Program-made: the position numbers and the translations under genes
In this document: positions 38,777 through 46,386 of the stretch, piece after piece
How the letters are laid out: each line of letters begins with the position of its first letter
Position numbering within the stretch: the first letter of the stretch is position 1
Assembly: GCA_029210565.1 (NCBI GenBank)
Contig: JARGFQ010000001.1
Location: 656 to 64,655, forward strand
Direction: 5' to 3'
DNA: 64,000 nt
Origin: Bacteroidales bacterium
Lineage (GTDB): Bacteria; Bacteroidota; Bacteroidia; Bacteroidales; VadinHA17
Notes under the pieces: model-generated
What the model saw: only the letters and a program-made list of their open reading frames with translations
What the model was told of the DNA's origin: nothing
The model's database searches: none

Positions 38777-39541
38777 ATGAGAAACATTGCGCAGCGCCAT
38801 AAAATAATACTGGCTGAACTTGAAAAGGCAGGTTACGTATGGGTTCATGACCTGAGTGAACGGTTGGGTGTTTCTGAGGTTACGATACGAAAGGATCTGA
38901 AAGAACTAGAGCAGAGGAGGCTCCTCATCCGCAACCATGGCAGCGCCAGTCCGGTCAGTTCGCTTACCATCGACCGCCACATCGACGAGAAAGAGAAGGT
39001 GCAGGTGAATGAGAAGATCAGGATTGCTGAGGCGGCGAACCGGCTGCTGGAGAAGAACGACAGGATCATCATCGCTTCGGGGACCACGGTACTCACCTTT
39101 GCCCAGCATATCACGATAAGCGATCCCATCACCGTCATCACACCTTCAGTGAAAGTGTCCCTGATACTGAGTTATAAGCCTAACATCGACATAATTCAGC
39201 TGGGAGGAGCGCTTCGCAGGAGTTCCGCCTCGGTCATCGGTCCCTATGCCGAAACCCTCCTCACGGAGATGATGTGCAGCAAGCTCTTTATAGGCATTGA
39301 CGGTCTCGCCCTTGATATAGGGCTGATGACAAGCAACATAGCCGAGGCTCACCTGAACCAGTACATGATCAATGCAGCACAGGAGGTGATTGTGCTTGCC
39401 GATTCTACCAAGTTCGGCAAGAGGGGCTTTGGCAAGATCTGCAAGCTGAACAAGGTGCATCACATCATCACCGACAGGAATGCACCGGGCAACATCATAC
39501 AGATAATTCGTGATGAGGGAATAAAGGTGACTCTTGTCTGA
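38777..39541 (+). CDS. DeoR/GlpR-family transcriptional regulator
   Basis: N-terminal HTH (RHKIILAELEKAGYVWVHDLSERLGVSEVTIRKDLKELE) plus a DeoR C-terminal sensor domain. Divergent from glpD. I chose the ATG at 38777. Confidence 0.85.
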   Translation: MRNIAQRHKIILAELEKAGYVWVHDLSERLGVSEVTIRKDLKELEQRRLLIRNHGSASPVSSLTIDRHIDEKEKVQVNEKIRIAEAANRLLEKNDRIIIASGTTVLTFAQHITISDPITVITPSVKVSLILSYKPNIDIIQLGGALRRSSASVIGPYAETLLTEMMCSKLFIGIDGLALDIGLMTSNIAEAHLNQYMINAAQEVIVLADSTKFGKRGFGKICKLNKVHHIITDRNAPGNIIQIIRDEGIKVTLV

Positions 39542-39640
39542 AAATATGTTGTACAGCCGAAATGATTCAGTCTCCTGAAGCCATCCGGGCTACAGGGGTT
39601 GTTTATATTTGTATTCGTCAACCACCAAAAACAGATAATT

Positions 39641-42427
39641 ATGCCAGGAAAATCATTACTGACATTTGTAGCAGCCCTTCTGCTCGCCGCTTTTGCCGGA
39701 TGCTCAACCTCAAAGGTTGCCGTCACCGGTGACCCGTCGGGCCGCACTCCCGCAGCAGAGCGTGAGTTCCGTGCAGCCTGGGTAGCCACCGTTGCCAACA
39801 TCAACTGGCCCAGCAAGCCGGGCCTACCCGTAGAGGAGCAGAAGAGTGAGGCTATCGCCCTCCTTGATCTCCTCCATAAGAATAATTTCAACGCAGTGGT
39901 CTTCCAGGTCAGGCCTCACTGCGATGCTATGTACAACAGTGAGCTCGAGCCATGGTCTTACTACCTTACCGGAGAGCAGGGCAAAGCTCCGGACCCGTAT
40001 TATGACCCGCTGCAGTTCTGGATCGATGAGGCCCATACCCGGGGGATAGAGCTGCATGCCTGGCTCAATCCATACCGTGCACATCATCCTGCCGGCGGGG
40101 AGGTGACCGATGCCTCGATAGTGCGAAAACGCCCCGAGCTGGTGCTTAAGCTTGAGGTGGAGAACTACTGGTGGATGGACCCTGCCCTGAAGGGCACGCA
40201 GGATCACTCCTACAATGTTGTCATGGATCTCGTGCGCAGGTATGACCTTGACGGGATACACTTCGACGACTACTTTTATCCTTATCCTGACTACAACAAC
40301 TTCAAGGATTTTCCCGATGATGAGAGCTGGCAGGCATACCAGGCCGGGGGCGGCAAGCTCTCCCGTTCAGACTGGAGAAGGGAGGCTGTCAATGTTTTCA
40401 TTGAAAGATTATATAAGGGTATCAAGGCGGAGAAGCCATGGGTCAAGTTCGGCCTTAGCCCCTTCGGCATCTGGCAGCCCTACAATCCGCCTGCCATCGG
40501 CGGCGGTTTCAACCAGCATGAGACCCTCTATGCTGATGCAAAGCTGTGGCTCAACAAAGGATGGATCGACTATTACTCACCACAGCTCTACTGGCCCGTC
40601 AACCAGATAGCTCAGAGCTATCCTGTGCTTTTAGGATGGTGGAAAGAACAGAACCTGAAAGGCAGGCATCTCTGGCCCGGGATTAATATAGGGTTGCAGC
40701 CTGCCACCAGGGCAGCTGACGAGACTGTCAACCAGATCATGATCACCAGGGGTCTTCTCCCGGAGAGCCCCGGTGTGGTGCACTGGAGCATAGGCCCGCT
40801 GGTCAGGACCCCCGAGCTTGTGAAGACTGTGGCGGAGGGACCTTACAGGAGGAAGGCCCTGGTGCCGCCCTCACCGTGGCTCGACAGCAAGGCACCGGCA
40901 GCACCGTTGGTGACAAAGAGGCGGGAGGGAGATGCACTGAACATATTATGGACCCACAGTGATCCCTCCGATGTCAGCCGGTGGGTTGTATATTACCGGT
41001 ACGGTTCACAGTGGAACCAGAATATTCACGGACCCGGAGCTACGACTGATCTCATCCCTGCCTTCACCGTCAACCGCGCTTTCCTGGCGCGTACTGACCC
41101 GGAGAAGGTGACAGGTGTGGAACAGGCGCTGATCCCTCTTGACAGCATTGCAGTGTCGGCCGTAGACCGTTACGGTAACGAAAGCCTGCCGGTGAAGATG
41201 GCAGTTACGGAGTTCACCCTCGCCGATGCCCCCGCCCTGGAGGGGGTACTGACCTCCTTCTATGCCGCGAGGCTGAGGCCACCGGTGCCGGTGCCGGCAG
41301 TGACTCCTGGTGTTGACGTACTCATTGAGGATCACCTAGCTATGATTGAGGGCAAGAGAGTAGGACTGATAACCAACCCTTCAGCCGTGGGTGCAGATAT
41401 GCGCAGCACGGTTGACATTCTCGCCGGCACGCCGGGGGTAAACCTGGTGGCTCTCTTCGGCGCCGAGCATGGCATCAGGGGAGCACTGCACGGCAGGATA
41501 CAGGCCAGCGGTGAGCCTGACCCGGTGACGGGCATACCTGTCTACAGCCTCTACGGCGACTCCTGGGCACCGAAACAGGAGTGGCTCGACAGCATTGATG
41601 TGATGCTGTTCGACATACAGGGTGTGGGCTCGGCATGGTATACCTTCAAGTTCTCCATGTCTCATGCCATGGAGGCATGCGCTAAGGCCGGCATACCCTT
41701 TATTGTACTCGACAGGCCCAACCCGCTGGGCGGCCGCGTGGTGGAAGGACCGATGCACGACACCATCAGGATGTACCGGCACCGTATACCGCTGCGCCAT
41801 GGCATGACCTACGGTGAGCTGGCAACCATGTGGAATGAGACAGAAGGCTACGGTGCTGACCTGACTGTGATAAAGATGAAGGGATGGCGCCGCAATATGA
41901 TGTGGGATGAGACAGGACTGATGTGGGTGATGCCTTCACCAAACATAGACAACTGGGAGACGGCCGTGGTTTACCCGGGACAGTGCCTGTTCGAGAGAAC
42001 CAACATGTCAGAGGGCAGGGGCACCACCAAGCCGTTCCTCCTGACCGGCGCACCCTGGGTGGATGCCGGCAAGGCGGCTGACGACCTCAACTCAAGAGGC
42101 ATACGCGGGGCTTACTTCAGGCCGGTATACTTTGTTCCGCGGTCGGCAGGGACAGGCTATAACCGCAGCAGCAAACCGTGGAACGAGATGTGCGGCGGCG
42201 TGGAGATAATGCTGACATACCCCGCTGCCTTCCGCTCGGTTGAAGCTTCACTGCATATCATCGATGCCTACAGGAAGACAAGTCCTGACTCCCTGGTGTG
42301 GTCCCCGCCCCTGCTGATGCGCAGGCTCAACGAGCCCGGCGTCACCGTGGAAGAGGTGGTCAAAGCCTGTCAGGATGATGTGGCTGAATTTATGGAAATG
42401 AGACTGAAATACCTTTTATACAGATGA
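39641..42427 (+). CDS. Lipoprotein fusing a glycoside-hydrolase-like GHL10 (YngK-type) domain to a DUF1343 / NamZ-type exo-beta-N-acetylmuramidase domain
   Basis: Lipobox LAAFAGCS. The N-terminal half (…EFRAAWVATVANINWPS…ELHAWLNPYR…GIHFDDYFYP…) is GHL10-like. The C-terminal half (…KRVGLITNPSAVGADMRSTVDIL…LVALFGAEHGIRG…DVMLFDIQGVGSAWYTF…LDRPNP…) is DUF1343-like. I chose the ATG at 39641. Confidence 0.75.
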   Translation: MPGKSLLTFVAALLLAAFAGCSTSKVAVTGDPSGRTPAAEREFRAAWVATVANINWPSKPGLPVEEQKSEAIALLDLLHKNNFNAVVFQVRPHCDAMYNSELEPWSYYLTGEQGKAPDPYYDPLQFWIDEAHTRGIELHAWLNPYRAHHPAGGEVTDASIVRKRPELVLKLEVENYWWMDPALKGTQDHSYNVVMDLVRRYDLDGIHFDDYFYPYPDYNNFKDFPDDESWQAYQAGGGKLSRSDWRREAVNVFIERLYKGIKAEKPWVKFGLSPFGIWQPYNPPAIGGGFNQHETLYADAKLWLNKGWIDYYSPQLYWPVNQIAQSYPVLLGWWKEQNLKGRHLWPGINIGLQPATRAADETVNQIMITRGLLPESPGVVHWSIGPLVRTPELVKTVAEGPYRRKALVPPSPWLDSKAPAAPLVTKRREGDALNILWTHSDPSDVSRWVVYYRYGSQWNQNIHGPGATTDLIPAFTVNRAFLARTDPEKVTGVEQALIPLDSIAVSAVDRYGNESLPVKMAVTEFTLADAPALEGVLTSFYAARLRPPVPVPAVTPGVDVLIEDHLAMIEGKRVGLITNPSAVGADMRSTVDILAGTPGVNLVALFGAEHGIRGALHGRIQASGEPDPVTGIPVYSLYGDSWAPKQEWLDSIDVMLFDIQGVGSAWYTFKFSMSHAMEACAKAGIPFIVLDRPNPLGGRVVEGPMHDTIRMYRHRIPLRHGMTYGELATMWNETEGYGADLTVIKMKGWRRNMMWDETGLMWVMPSPNIDNWETAVVYPGQCLFERTNMSEGRGTTKPFLLTGAPWVDAGKAADDLNSRGIRGAYFRPVYFVPRSAGTGYNRSSKPWNEMCGGVEIMLTYPAAFRSVEASLHIIDAYRKTSPDSLVWSPPLLMRRLNEPGVTVEEVVKACQDDVAEFMEMRLKYLLYR

Positions 42428-44283
42428 GAACCGTTATATTTTATCTTATGTCACTGGTCCTGATTGCCGGCTGCAGCACGGCCAGGAAGACATCTCAGAC
42501 TGCAGTTGCCGATCCGGCAGCTGCCGCTGCAGAAACCCTGGCAGCCATACCCTGCAGGTGCGACAGCGCAGTTCACAATTCGCCATGGGTTAAGTTCCTG
42601 AGACTGCCGGAGCAGGTGACCCACCTGCCTCAGTATGATGTCCTCTGTAAAAGTGAATACCCTGCTACCGTAAGTATAAATGGCGAGACAGTGAAACAAT
42701 ACAAAACGGGGATATTCTTTACAACCGTCAAATTCATCGAGGGAGTGAATAAAATAACGGCTGAAGCTGTCTATCCGGACGGCAGGAAGGCTGTCTGCGA
42801 GCATGTGTTCATCTATGAGAAGACGGACATGACCAGGCCTGTTTACCCGCTGTGGGTCGACCGCCGGTCGGTTGAGCCTGCCGCTGATATGGAGCTGCTG
42901 CCTGATGAGGTTGTCAGGGTGAGCTTTATCGGATCGAAGGGACAGAATGGTTTTGTAGATGTTCAGCCCGGCAGGGTCACTCTGGCATGCCTGCGCACCG
43001 ACCATGACGACTACAGTATCTATACGGCGGAGCTGCCCCTGCGCCGCCTTACCTCGGGAAGGTCATACACGCTGGGCGTCAGGCTGTCGCCCGTCGCCGG
43101 TGCACCCGTGAAGGGTGCCTATGAGCCTGATCTGCAGAGGAGGGTGACCGTCAGACAGCCTGAAGACTTCCCTCTGCTGAGGGTCAACAACGACAATGCC
43201 AGGCTTGTTTACAACCTTGGCGCACCGAGGCTTGGCGGCCCGATACGGTCGGAGCTGGGACCGGGTGTGGTTCTCAAGGCCAGCGGCAAAATCGGTGATA
43301 ACTACAGGGTAAGGCTCAGCAATGTAGAGTCCGGATTTATTGATAAGGATGATGTTGAGATAATGAGTGGCAGCAAATTACAGCCCTCGTACATTGTGAC
43401 AAGTATGACATGTGTTCCGGGCGACGGCGCCGACATCGTGTCGATACCCTGGTACGAACCTGTTCCCTATGAGGTCTATCCCGACCCTGACCAGAAGAGA
43501 CTGGTGATAACACTCTTCGGTGCTGAGTCAGCCTCGACATGGATTACCCACAGGAAGGGATGCAGGATGATTGACAAGCTGACATGGGAACAGACCTCCC
43601 CTGAGACATTCCGAGTTTACGTGAACCTGACGACGGACAATATCTGGGGTTACGACATCAGGCCCTCTGGCCGGAGCCTGTCGCTGCGGGTCAAGTACCC
43701 GCCCGTGTTTGATCTGGCGGGGGAGAAGCCCCTGGCAGGCCTGAAGATCGCCATCGAGGCGGGGCACGGAGGATCGAACACCGGCGCCGTGGGGCTGTCG
43801 GGACTGCTTGAGAAGGATATCAATCTAGACCTCTCGTTCAGGCTGGGCGATCTCTGTGAAGCCATGGGTGCCGAGGTGGTGCAGGTACGTGATTCCGACA
43901 GGTACATGCTTCTCACTGACAAGCGCCGTATTGCCATCGAGTCGGGTGCTGACATGCTGATAAGCATACATGCCAACGCCGGTGGCAGGGGTTATCTCTC
44001 GGTGGCCGGCACCAGCACCTACTGGCACAATCCCTTCTGGGCTCCGCTGGCACATTCCATCTATGACAGGCTGCTTGAGACGGGCCTGATCGAGTTCGGC
44101 GTGGTCGGCTCGTTCAACTACACCGTGACCAGGGCATCGCAGCTGCCCGCCGTTCTGGTGGAGCAGGCCTTCATGTCACACGCCGAAGACGAGGAGAAGC
44201 TCGCGGACCCCGACTTCCGTCAGCTGATGGCAGAAAAGATCCGCGATGGGATAGTTGATTACCTGAAGCTGGTTAAGAAATGA
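42424..44283 (+). CDS. N-acetylmuramoyl-L-alanine amidase (Amidase_3) with a large N-terminal domain of unknown function
   Basis: Lipobox IAGCS. The C-terminal ~190 aa carry KIAIEAGHGGSNTGAVG...ADMLISIHANAG...VLVEQAFMSHAEDE. ATGA overlap with the preceding gene. Confidence 0.85.
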   Translation: MRTVIFYLMSLVLIAGCSTARKTSQTAVADPAAAAAETLAAIPCRCDSAVHNSPWVKFLRLPEQVTHLPQYDVLCKSEYPATVSINGETVKQYKTGIFFTTVKFIEGVNKITAEAVYPDGRKAVCEHVFIYEKTDMTRPVYPLWVDRRSVEPAADMELLPDEVVRVSFIGSKGQNGFVDVQPGRVTLACLRTDHDDYSIYTAELPLRRLTSGRSYTLGVRLSPVAGAPVKGAYEPDLQRRVTVRQPEDFPLLRVNNDNARLVYNLGAPRLGGPIRSELGPGVVLKASGKIGDNYRVRLSNVESGFIDKDDVEIMSGSKLQPSYIVTSMTCVPGDGADIVSIPWYEPVPYEVYPDPDQKRLVITLFGAESASTWITHRKGCRMIDKLTWEQTSPETFRVYVNLTTDNIWGYDIRPSGRSLSLRVKYPPVFDLAGEKPLAGLKIAIEAGHGGSNTGAVGLSGLLEKDINLDLSFRLGDLCEAMGAEVVQVRDSDRYMLLTDKRRIAIESGADMLISIHANAGGRGYLSVAGTSTYWHNPFWAPLAHSIYDRLLETGLIEFGVVGSFNYTVTRASQLPAVLVEQAFMSHAEDEEKLADPDFRQLMAEKIRDGIVDYLKLVKK

Positions 44284-44334
44284 AAGGTCAGGCTTCAGAG
44301 ATGATTACCTGACAGCTATGCAAGAATAAACAGG

Positions 44335-44374
44335 CAGGACCCGGAGCACCCTGAAACGGGTGCTCCGGGTCCTG
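44335..44374. terminator. Perfect 17-bp-stem hairpin between convergent genes (bidirectional terminator candidate)
   Basis: caggacccggagcaccc-tgaaac-gggtgctccgggtcctg. Confidence 0.7.
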
Positions 44375-44420
44375 TATTATCCCGGTGGGGAGAATCACTG
44401 CCGCGTTGGGTCAGCAGAGA

Positions 44421-45164
44421 CTATTGACCTTCACCTTTCAGTCTGCGGCCGTTGCGAACCTGCTGCTCAAGTTCGTCAACAGCTTTTTCAGCATTCTCTA
44501 TCCTCTCTTTTCTCATCTGATATTCATTGTCGGAGATTCTCCTTCTGCTCTTCTGCTGCTCCAGCTCCTCCTTTGCTACTCTGATCCTCTCCCTCGACTG
44601 TATCACTCTCTCTTCTCCCTCTGACAGGCGTGAGTCAAGCTCAACTTCCCTTTCCTGACGCTGCATCCGGGCCTGCTCAGCCCTGGCCTGGCCGAACTCC
44701 CTGCCCTTCAGATCGCCTTTATTTCTGCCGTAGGCGTTTCCCTGACCTTTGTCAGCCTTTTTCTCCTTCTTCTGCTTCAATTCCTTGTCCTTCTTTACTT
44801 CTTCTGCGGCATCCTTTACCCTGTCAGCCTCAGTCTCAGCAGCTTCCTGAACCTTTTCAGCCTCAGTCTCAGCAGCTTCCTGAACCTTTTCAGCCTCAGT
44901 CTCAGCGGCATCGTTTACCCTGTCAGCCTCAGTCTCAGCAGCTTCCTGAACCTTCTCAGCCTCAGCTTCCACTGCTTCTTCAGCTTCTCTGACCTTCTGC
45001 TTTTCCTGTTCTGCAGCCTTGTTCATCTCTTTGGCTGCCTTACCTCGATTTTCACTTTTCTGTGCCATTGAGATGTTTCCTGCTGCAAGAAATGCGATGA
45101 TAAGCAGGAAAAGGGGCACTTTCTTCATATTTTTCATGATCTGATTTTTATGGTTAAAGTTCAT
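44421..45164 (-). CDS. Secreted, highly charged coiled-coil protein with 12-residue tandem repeats
   Basis: Signal peptide (MKNMKKVPLFLLIIAFLAAGNISMAQ). The ATGs at 45137 or 45128 are equally plausible starts. The E/K/A/R-rich body contains AETEAEKVQEAA / ETEADRV(N/K)DAA repeats. Confidence 0.65.
   Translation of the reverse strand: MNFNHKNQIMKNMKKVPLFLLIIAFLAAGNISMAQKSENRGKAAKEMNKAAEQEKQKVREAEEAVEAEAEKVQEAAETEADRVNDAAETEAEKVQEAAETEAEKVQEAAETEADRVKDAAEEVKKDKELKQKKEKKADKGQGNAYGRNKGDLKGREFGQARAEQARMQRQEREVELDSRLSEGEERVIQSRERIRVAKEELEQQKSRRRISDNEYQMRKERIENAEKAVDELEQQVRNGRRLKGEGQ
44824..44985. repeat. Four and a half near-identical 36-bp tandem units inside the coiled-coil CDS
   Basis: tcagcctcagtctcagcagcttcctgaaccttt repeated head to tail, with unit starts at 44824, 44860, 44896, 44932 and 44968. 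Confidence 0.85.
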
Positions 45165-45354
45165 TCAACAACGTGTCAAGCTTGACGGCAGCCTCTTCGA
45201 TCTCTGTTATGGTGCTGTCAATCTGAGATGTAACTTTCTCGATCTGTTCAACCTCGGCCTCCAGGGCTTTGGCTTCGGCCTCTTTGGCCGCTTTCCCACC
45301 ACAGCCGGCCAGCAAAAGAGCAGCCGCGGCAATTGCCAAGAATCTTTTCTTCAT
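45154..45354 (-). CDS. Small coiled-coil lipoprotein
   Basis: 66 aa. Lipobox LLAGCGG, followed by a helical E/A/K-rich stretch. Its stop overlaps the first ATG of the next gene by 11 nt. Confidence 0.6.
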   Translation of the reverse strand: MKKRFLAIAAAALLLAGCGGKAAKEAEAKALEAEVEQIEKVTSQIDSTITEIEEAAVKLDTLLNEL

Positions 45355-45484
45355 TTTCTTCAGGTTTAGTAGTTATTATTAAAGAATGATCCTCTAAAGG
45401 ATCAGCAATTGATTCTGATCAGGCATTGTCAGAACAGCTGCTAAGGTAGTCAAAATTCAGATTAGGTCCAAACATCCACTGAAT

Positions 45485-45679
45485 CCATGTGTGCCGAGGT
45501 GGTGCAGGAGCGCGATTCTGACAGAGACCTGACCCTCACAGCTGCTTTTCGTTCTGGTGGAGCATGCCTTCATGTCGCACGCCGAAGACGAGGAGAAGCT
45601 CACTGACCCTGACTTCCGCCAACTGATGGCAGAGAAAATCTGCGAGGGGATTATTGACTATCTGCAGGCAGTCCTATAG
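45485..45679 (+). pseudogene. Relic of an Amidase_3 gene 3' end (two fragments, internal deletion, frameshift)
   Basis: 45485-45540 aligns with 43862-43917, and 45550-45667 aligns with 44152-44268 of the intact amidase (about 85% identical in my hand alignment of the second block). The relic translates to ...VLVEHAFMSHAEDEEKLTDPDFRQLMAEKICEGIIDYLQAVL*. Confidence 0.75.
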
Positions 45680-46316
45680 TCTGTGCAAGTATTATTGTCT
45701 GCCATGGCTTGAGCATCATTGCCGCCGCCAGATCCTGTCGTGGGACCATTGCTCTGATTACGGTTGACAGTCCCGCTGAGGCACAGTAGAGATATACATT
45801 CTGTGCCATGAAACCTGTGTTGGCCCATGACGATAGCAAATCAGTGTCAGTGATGGCCTGATCCTCCTTGAGTCCTCTCTTTGTCAGATCTGCAACGTAA
45901 ACCAGATTGACGGGGACCAGGGCCGGAAAATCCTGTATCCCGGTAAGAGCCCTGATATCGCGGCCGTGTATCTGTTTCAAGAGATTATCTCCCGCGTCAT
46001 AGAGGTATAACCCGCTCTTCAGTGTTACATACACATCCATCTCCTGGCGGTTATGCGATGACGGAGCTGTCCTCTGCCCGTCGGCAGACCGGTTTATTCC
46101 CCATGCGGCCCATAACAGGTCGGAAAGTTGCTGCAGAGAGAGCTCCCTGTCTGAAAATGATCTGGATGACTGCCTCTCACTGAGGGCATCCATGAGTGGC
46201 TTACCGCCGGCTGTCATTGGTGCCGGCAGAGAAAGATCCTGTGCATCAAGCATAACGGGAAAAATTATCAGTACAACAATCAGCAGCAAAGACAAATTTG
46301 TGAATGCCTTTTTCAT
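45651..46316 (-). CDS. Nitroreductase-family protein with an N-terminal signal/anchor
   Basis: ...RQSSRSFSDRELSLQQLSDLLWAAWGINR... is a typical nitroreductase N-terminal motif. A hydrophobic N-terminal segment precedes it. Confidence 0.65.
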   Translation of the reverse strand: MKKAFTNLSLLLIVVLIIFPVMLDAQDLSLPAPMTAGGKPLMDALSERQSSRSFSDRELSLQQLSDLLWAAWGINRSADGQRTAPSSHNRQEMDVYVTLKSGLYLYDAGDNLLKQIHGRDIRALTGIQDFPALVPVNLVYVADLTKRGLKEDQAITDTDLLSSWANTGFMAQNVYLYCASAGLSTVIRAMVPRQDLAAAMMLKPWQTIILAQTIGLPADSQ

Positions 46317-46386
46317 GATGAAATTATTTTGAGGATGAATTTAATGAAATTTTGCACGCAAAGCTGACAACCCGGAGTCGTTCTGA

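Noticed and set aside
42451-43005. 184-aa minus-strand ORF
   Set aside because: It is antisense to the N-terminal domain of the amidase gene and has no features of its own.
44806-44985. Regular 36-bp repeats considered as a possible CRISPR array
   Set aside because: The units are contiguous with no spacers, lie in-frame within a CDS encoding a 12-residue peptide repeat, and no cas genes are present.
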